Origin: Octopus sinensis
Taxonomy: Eukaryota
Direction: 5' to 3'
DNA length: 64,000 nucleotides
Assembly: GCF_006345805.1 (NCBI RefSeq)
Contig: NC_043015.1
Location: 25,296,001-25,360,000, forward strand
Shown: piece after piece, positions 55,764 to 64,000 of the stretch
Layout: every line of letters starts with the position of its first letter
How positions within the stretch are numbered: position 1 is the first letter of the stretch
Notes under the pieces: generated by a model
The model's database searches: none
Told to the model about the DNA's origin: nothing
What the model saw: the letters and a program-made list of their open reading frames with translations, nothing else
Position numbers and translations under genes: made by a program

Positions 55764-56586
55764 AACACACACAAATATGTATATACACATATTTACATAT
55801 ATGTATAAAAATGTAAATATATGTATATGTGTGTGTATGTGCATGTGTGTGTGTGTAAATTCAAAATGGCTTCTAGATATTTGAACATTTGTTGGTCAAC
55901 TCTAGTGAAGAAGTTGTAATACAGTTGAAGTGACTTATTTTCATTAATTTTACGTCTATGTGTAGTGTACAGGATGCAGCTGCTACCTTGATAGCAGGCT
56001 GCTGTTTGGTATATTTAGCAACGTCGTTTGTGTGTGTGTGTATGAAAAAGAAAGAATGAACTGAAAAAACATGTGGTTATCACTTCAGAGGATGCAACTT
56101 ATAATTCAAACATAACTGTTAGAGAAAATAAGAGATTAAGAAGTCTCCTATAGCTGTTTCTAGAATAGCTTTGCATTTGGTGCATATCTCATTGAGCAAA
56201 GATTTCCAAATAAAACCAACTATTCCATCTTCAGAGAGAAAGAGTTAAGAAATATCCTTAATAAAGGCTATTTCCATCATTGTGTTTATTGTATATACCT
56301 ATTACATTACATCATTAGACACAATTTTATCTGTATTTTGTGCGTGTGTGTCACAAACTTAGTCTCAATGCTGCTATCATCAGAAGCACTTAAAATAGGG
56401 TAAAATATCCAAATAACTACCTGGTGGTAGGTACCTGTTTAACTAATTCAGTAAAGGGGTGGATAACAATATATAAGTTGGTGCTTGTTTCACATAATCA
56501 AAAACCTGTTCCAGAGACAAATGGCACAAACTACTGACATCTAAACAAATGGCACAAACTCTGACATGTAAACAAATACTGGACTA

Positions 56587-57017
56587 CAGTGTTTTATTTA
56601 CGAGATGAGGAATTATGTACATTATTTACATTTGACGGATATTTGTCCTCATCTTCTTTGTTGTTAACACAATGTTTTGGCTGATATACCCTCCAGCCTT
56701 CATCAGGTGTCTTGGAGAAATTTCGAACCTGCCTTCTAATTCCTTTGGTATTTTCCGATATTATTATTATTATTCAGGTCAGTCCCTGGAATCAAACTCA
56801 GAATCTTGGGGTTAGTAGCCCATGCTCTTAACCACTATGCCATAAGCCAGTGGACATATGGCATAGTGGTTAAGAAAAATACCATAGCAATAGGAACCCA
56901 GGTTCAAAATTTCCCCAAGACACCTGATGAAGGCTGGAGGGTATATCAGCTGAAATGTGCTAACAACAAACAAGATGAGGACAAATATCCGTCAAATGTA
57001 AATAATGTAAATAATTT
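56587..57017. mobile_element. Head-to-head pair of tRNA-headed, HHR-tailed SINE-like elements, copy 1
   Basis: Minus arm: tRNA-like head 56842-56783, (AAT)n, HHR 56711-56666, tail. Plus arm: truncated head 56859-56874, HHR 56919-56961. Flanked by the 13-bp direct repeat aaatactggacta (56574-56586, 57018-57030). Confidence 0.85.
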
Positions 57018-57776
57018 AAATACTGGACTATCTTCTCGGTGGCTCTTACCTACATCTCATGGCTAACAAGGAGGTCACGCTTGAACTCAGCACTTCAGCA
57101 TCACATTCAGTGACATAGCACATAGCACCAAATTCTGACAGAAAACTGCAGTGCCTATTTAAATCTTGTCGACTTGAGGAATTTGTTTTGTGAGATATAT
57201 GACTCGGTCATGAATGTAAAATACATTTCAATGTGACAAAAAAGTGAAAAAAGAAATCTATAGAATATGTTTGAAAGAGGTGAATTACTACAAGTGAAAT
57301 CAAATATTCAGGTTTTAATATAATATAGCTGAGGAAAGAACGTTTGCAGACAAACAGCAACAGTTTCTTCTTCTGTGAAGAAAGCTACCTTCTATGAATT
57401 CAATAGTATTTACGTAATACGATCATGTCATTCACACGTCTGTTAGCTCACAAATAAAAAAAATATCCCTCAAAAATAATACAGACCTGTACAGCAGCAG
57501 AAAGCTTAACCTGATTACATACATAAAACATGAGGTCAGAGCAAACAGATTCCTATTCATGTAAGAATGCAGTATTCCAAGAAAGCAATCTAATCGATGT
57601 TAGGGCATGAAAAAAAATGTGTAAATGATTATCAAAGAGTTCAGACAAGTTCAACTCATAGACAAAATGAGAATTTTTTTTATCCCTTAGAAAATAAAAA
57701 TAAGGGTAGAACATGCATTCAGATGACAAGCAGTATGTTGGAGACAAACATATATATATATATATATATACACATG

Positions 57777-57809
<33 letters not shown>

Positions 57810-57854
57810 GTGTTCATGTTTATTGGTAGCTATAGATAAATGTGCATGCATGCA

Positions 57855-57895
<41 letters not shown>

Positions 57896-58948
57896 AATTG
57901 TAAGCATATGTGTACTTATGCTGTGTGTGTGTGTGCGTTTGCGTATGTGCATGTATAGTATTAATTTATACTCCAACCTCAAAACAAAACATCTGATGCT
58001 CTAATCACTTAGCTAAATTTTGACATGGTATGATTTGAGGTCAATTTAGCTGCTATTTCTAGCAGGCTGACCATCCAATCTCATTAGGGTCACTCTCAGC
58101 TGGAGCTTAACCCATTTTCCAAGATGTATAAGTGACTGAAATTGCAACATCCTCCACTGGGTAGGACACAAGTCTGTCACAATATTAACTTCCCAACTAT
58201 TGCTGAAACTTATTTACAGCCAAGTGGACTGGGCCAACATGAAATGAAGTGTTTTGCTCAAGCACACACAGCTTGATCAAGGAACTGAAACTACAATCTT
58301 ACAATTGTGAATGCAATGCTCTTCCCACTGGGCCACATGTTTCCACAAGCATTTATCTACAAATGTGAAAATCTTTTGGAAACTTTCCTTGCCTTCATTG
58401 TTGGTGATATTATTTAGCTCAAGAGTGGATCTGGTTTTGCAGATTTATCATCAAAGTCATTCCTGTTGTGAGAACTTTGTCATCAATGCTTCTGGGTCAA
58501 TTCATTCCAACCTGTTTTTTGCCAGAAGTAATTTCATCTAAGTAGCTCTTTAAATCATTAAGGAGGGCCTGAAAATGTTGTGAGGAATGTCCCTTCCTTT
58601 TTGATTAAAACATCAATAAAAACAAATTGCCATATTATTGGTCAGATACAAACTATTTATGTTCATTGAAGGATCTTTCAAAAACTTCCCTTCGACTGAA
58701 AGATCTCCGGCTACATTTACAGGAAGAGTTGAACTTGGGGTTATAAGTCAATAAAGCAGTTATCAATTTGATAGTCATCCCACTGCCTGCCCTCGAAAAG
58801 TTTCATGTCACCAGGTACATTGGTATGGGAAGGATTAACTGAGACCAAAGTGGTTGAAGACACCACAGTACAAATAGAGACAGTAATGGTGGTGAGGCTT
58901 CCTATCATTCAGGAGGAGGTTATAAGATATTCTTGAGAAATTTATCTC

Positions 58949-59091
58949 GTTATTTACATTAGACGGATATTTGTCCTCATATTCTTTGTTGTTAACACAA
59001 GGTTTCAGCTGATATATCCTCCAGCCTTCATCGGGTGTCTTGGGGAAATTTCGAACCTGGGTTCTCATTTCTAAGGTATTTTTTGATAATA

Positions 59092-59138
<47 letters not shown>

Positions 59139-59259
59139 CATTATTATTATTCATGTCACTGCTTAGAATTGAACTCGAAATCTTGGTGTTAGTAGCCCAT
59201 GCTCTTAAACACTATGCCATATGCCCACAGACATATGGCATAGTGGCATATGGCAGTGA

Positions 59260-59349
<90 letters not shown>

Positions 59350-59377
59350 TGATAATAAAAATTATAATAATAATAAC

Positions 59378-59427
<50 letters not shown>

Positions 59428-59610
59428 TTATAATAATAATAACAACAACATCGAAAAATACCCAAGTTCGAAATTTCCCAAAGACACCTGATGAAGGCTG
59501 GAGGGTATATCAGCCAAAACGTTGTATTAACAAACAAGATGAGGATAAATATCTGTTAAATGTAAATAATGTAAATAATTCCTATCTCTTAAATCTAGAA
59601 CTGTATTAAC
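58949..59610. mobile_element. Head-to-head pair of tRNA-headed, HHR-tailed SINE-like elements, copy 2 (opposite polarity)
   Basis: Minus arm: head 59219-59160, (AAT)n, HHR 59039-58994. Plus arm: deleted head, long (AAT)n, HHR 59483-59528, tail. Flanked by the 8-bp direct repeat tttatctc (58941-58948, 59611-59618). Confidence 0.85.
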
Positions 59611-62140
59611 TTTATCTCACTTTGTGGATCAGAGCCCACTCTGTGTTGGTAGAGATACCAGTGAGATCTGTAATACATAGCATGATGGTGGATTCTCATG
59701 AAATTGATGTATACTTTGACACTGCTTGAAAATAAAACAGTGTCTTTGTTTTTGTTTTTTTGTCCAGTCAGCTTGAAGTGTGACAAACAGAAATGCTAAA
59801 GTAATTACATAACTTAAATAAAATAAGCATTGGGGAACTTATTGTGGGGTTCAGTCATTGATACGATCAACTAAAAACCTTTATAGTAGATTTCCTGAAA
59901 CAAGGAAAGTAGATATTGGCATTGGAGGTGGAAGTTGAACTTTGGTGAAAGCTAAGGAAATAACAAGGACTGAATGGATGGAGTATAGCAAACACAATGG
60001 GGTGGTCACAACAGGAAAGTCTTTGATCATAGGTCTACTAAATCACAGCTGGCTTGAGGCTAAACAAACAATAGTTGTGGTTCTCAAATGAAACGTACCA
60101 TTTATGTTTAATTGCTCAGCCACTAATGATCTGCCACACAGGTCTGTATGTGGCTACTTGGTAGCTAGAAATAGCAGTCTAATCTTTCCCAAACAGCACT
60201 TCCCCAACCATCTTCAACTGGGAGGGACACATTGGGTAATGGAGGTGTGTATTTGACAATGTCTGAAAGTGAGAGAGGATGGCCATGGGTGGAATACTTT
60301 TGATCCTAAATCTGTACAACTATGGATGATTGGGATAAATAATAACAACAACAGCAACAACATAATCAGGCAGAGTCTTTGGAGTGTTGGCCATAATGCT
60401 TTGCAATGTTTGTGTCAATTCTCTATGATCAGAGTTCTTATCCTACCAAGGTAAAACTTTTGACTTTCAATCTTTGGTGCAGAATCAATAAAATGAAACA
60501 TCAATCCAGGACCCTGGATAATGGAACTGTCAGAATGTCAGATCAGATGTCTTACATTATTTGTTCCATCTGTTTGAGTTCTGGGTTCCAATCTCAACAT
60601 AGACTACTAGGGTAGTAGACCTTATCAATGCACCATTTAATATGGCCACCTGGTGACTAGGGGTGCCAAAAAATGGGGCTCACTTTGATACAAGCATTTG
60701 GACCAGGTCTCTGGTTTGAGGACACACTCCCACCAGCCTTAGAAATACTAAAGAGTGATGGTACTGACCCTTCTCTTTTTGACTAAAGAATAATATAAAA
60801 TTGGTAACAAACTTTAATAGGAGCCATTGATATAGATTATGAATATCATTAATAGGTATAACTTTGACTGTCTTGGAGAGAGATAGAAACGAATAATGCT
60901 GGAGCCACATCAAAAGCCCCCATGCTGACATCACATACAAAGATTCCAATATACTCTGTAAAGTGGTGGCTGGTGTTAGGAAGGACATCCAGCCATAGAA
61001 ACCAAGCTAACACAAATGACTGGAGCTTGGTGCAATGCTCTCGCTTGCCAGCTCATGGCAAACCATCCGACCCCTGCTAGCATGAAAAAAACGGACATCA
61101 AATGGTGATGATGATGATGATGGTGGTGTTGGTGGTGACAATGACAATGATGGTGATGATGATGATGGTGGTGGTGGTGATGATAGTGACGATGACAATG
61201 ACAGTGATGATGGTGGTGTTGGTGGTGATGATGGTGATTGCAAATGAATAATTCCCAAAACCATTTCCAAACCAGCACAAGTTCTTACGCAACCATCAGA
61301 AATTGACTAAATCAATAATTTCTTTCTCCTTTTTTCCAACTTTCTACTTTATGAAAACAAAAATGTTCTTGTAATATAAATAACTGACAACACAAATTAT
61401 AATGATTGATAAATGAGGATAAGAATAAGATCTAGATTTGCAGAGAGGGGAAAGGACAAAAAGGGTGGGTGGGGGGAAGAAAACTGCCAGTCATCAATTT
61501 AAAGAAGAAGTTTGGCACAAAATGACGTAGTATTAAAATTACTTTTTTAAAAATATTTTTTAGACATTTCACATTATTATCACTATTGTATTTTTATTTT
61601 ATTCATTTGTTTCAAGTTAGATGACTTGGAAAATTGAGATATTTGTTTATCGATTCAAATTTCATAACTCAGTGACCTTTCGAAAACCAACAAAGAAAAC
61701 AAACTCTAAGGCCTCTCCTTTTCATTGTTATTACAGCTGCCAGAATTTTAAATGTTTCAAGTGGTGACTGGATAATAAAATAAGTGAAACAGGCCCCACT
61801 TTGTGTGCTTTTCAGCAGAGAATATTCTGGCTAACTGTTTCCCAATACAATAATTGCATATTCAAAGCATTAGTTGGGTAGATGTATAATTTATAAATAT
61901 ATATATATATATATATATGATGTTAGGAAGGGTGTCCAGCTGTAGAAACTTTGCCAGATCAGACAAGAGCCTGGTGCAGCCTTCTGGCTTGCCAGTTCTC
62001 AGTCAAACCGTCCAACCCATGCCAGCATGGAAAACGGACATTGAATGATGAGGACAATGATGATATATATATATATATATATATATGCACATATATACAC
62101 ACACGCATATATATATATACATATATATATGGATATATAT

Positions 62141-62178
<38 letters not shown>

Positions 62179-62205
62179 GCATATATATATATATATATAT
62201 ATATA

Positions 62206-62257
<52 letters not shown>

Positions 62258-62259
<2 letters not shown>

Positions 62260-64000
62260 GGCTGTCCCCTCATTATCGAGTATGGCCATTGCACAAAGCT
62301 TAACTGTTACTGGTGTTGTGATTGAATGTGACTTTTTAGCCCAGCTAAAAATGTCTTGTACAAAATTGGCAACTAAAACCTTTACTGGCAATAGCCCGCT
62401 GTAGTTGTAACTGGGCTTCATGTACCTTTGCATGTCGTTTAAGTCCTCCTGCCGAATTACATTCTTTTCTACATGCCCGACAGATATGATTAGTATGGTG
62501 TGTTACACCACCACCAGTGGCCAGGTTGTCACTCATCTGTCTTGTTTTATGACTACGAAGATGACTCTTGAGTCCAGCTTTACTGAGGCAGGGTCTTGCA
62601 CAGACATTGCATGTCAACATCAAAGGAAGACCCTTCCCTTCTGGAAGTGTAACAGCGATGCCCTTCCTGACATCCCTCCTTACTTTCTCATATGCAACTT
62701 GAGATTTCTCAAAAGTAGCTGTCCCCTCGTGCACAATCCTTCTCCACCTGCTACGATCAATAGCTATGCCTTCCCGTGTGTCAGGAGAGATGCTAGCATC
62801 TCTTAAGGAAGCCTTCAGCAAGTCCTTATACCTCTTTTTTGGTTTATGTGGAGGTCGTTCTCCTTTAGCTAACTCTCCATAAAAGAGTTGTTTTGGTATC
62901 CTTGAATCCTTCATTCTGACCAGATGACCACACCATCTGAGCCTTTGCTTTAACACAAGAGCTTCAATACTTTCACACCGAGAGCCTTCCAATATTTCAA
63001 GATCACTGATGTGGTCCTTCCACTTAATGCCATAGATCCATCTGAGGCACATCTGATGGAAATGTTCCAGTTGTTTAAGGTGGTATCGATATGTGACCCA
63101 CGTCTCACAGGCATAGAGAAGAGAAGGGAGCACATATGCCTTGTACACCTTTATCTTTGTCTTTCTGCATATGTCTCGCCGACTCCAGAGGTGCTTTTCT
63201 AGCCTTCCAAAAGCAACACTTGCTTTCCTAATTCTATATGGAATTTCATCATCCAAATTGCCATATCTATTAATAGTGCTTCATAGGTAGACAAACTGAT
63301 GAACTACATCAAGTCGTTTACCATACACATAGATATTTGGTACACTATACTGCTTACCAGGGGCAGGTTGATGCATGACAACAGTTTTCTTGAGATTGAC
63401 TGTCAATCCTAAGGCAGTGCAAGCATCAGAGAGCGCATTCAAAATGTATTGCATACCAATCTGTGTGCGCTACTAGCTCACAATCATCTGCATACAAAAG
63501 GTCTCTTATGATAGAGGTAAATACCTTTGTTTTTGCAGCAAGGCACCTGATATTAAATATGCTGCCAAAGGTTCTATAATGGATGTAAACACCGTATCTG
63601 CAGTTTCTGAATGCAATACAGAACACCATCGCGAAATATATGGAAAATAGGTTCGGTGCCAGAATATCCCCCTGTTTCACTCTATTTTGTATTGAAATGG
63701 GCTCCGACATTTTCTCTCTAACATTCACCCTACCATTCATGTCTTCATGAAAAGACCTAACCAAAGCAAGGAACTTTTCAGGACACCCTAGTTTCTGGAG
63801 GACTTTTCACAATGCTTTTCTATTGACGATATCAAAGTCTTTTGTCAGATCGACAAAAACCTGATGCAAATCCAAACCCTGTTCCACACACTTTTCCTGA
63901 AGCTGTCTAGCTGAAAAGATCATATCAGCAGTGCCACGTCCACACGAAAGCCAGATTGACTTTCTGGAAGAACACAATCTGCAATGTATTTCAGCAGACG
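62258..64000 (-). mobile_element. RTE-clade (BovB-like) LINE 3' part, decayed, continuing past the window end
   Basis: LPESQ.GF, DLTKDFD, GDILAP, LLYADD (63426-63764), then LLYACETW...RLRWCGHLVRM...RIPKQLFYGEL and C2H2 fingers (62345-63256); 3' end gaggggacagcca abuts (TA)n. Confidence 0.95.

Noticed and set aside
56783-56842. tRNA gene call for the SINE head (also 59160-59219)
   Set aside because: No acceptor stem and an imperfect T arm; embedded in a repeat, so SINE-derived rather than a functional tRNA.
1-64000. CRISPR arrays, rRNA genes, prokaryotic operons
   Set aside because: None seen; the recurring sequences are dispersed eukaryotic SINE and PLE copies, not repeat-spacer arrays.

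Overview
AT-rich, microsatellite-dense animal genomic DNA; the SINE families point to an octopus (inference). Only one host exon is convincing: a 93-nt minus-strand exon at 11244-11336 resembling CCDC39, so most or all of the window may be intronic. Most short ORFs in the track are microsatellite artefacts. The rest is mobile DNA: tRNA-type SINEs, RTE, Tx1/L1 and REL-type LINE fragments, a full-length decayed Tc1 (DD34E) and a maT-like relic. The main result is a recurring architecture. At least four unrelated sequence families form head-to-head fold-back (hairpin) elements whose arms carry outward-facing minimal type I hammerhead ribozyme (HHR) motifs of the kind found in Penelope-like element (PLE) pseudo-LTRs. 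They are a 3.8-kb palindrome of a GIY-YIG PLE (18574-22372, with a relative at 32262-32759), two MITE-looking hairpins (22533-22974, 34931-35430), and two copies of a tRNA-headed, HHR-tailed SINE-like element (56587-57017, 58949-59610) that share a 5' hairpin at the fold point. All pairings were read by eye; no folding, alignment or database search was run.
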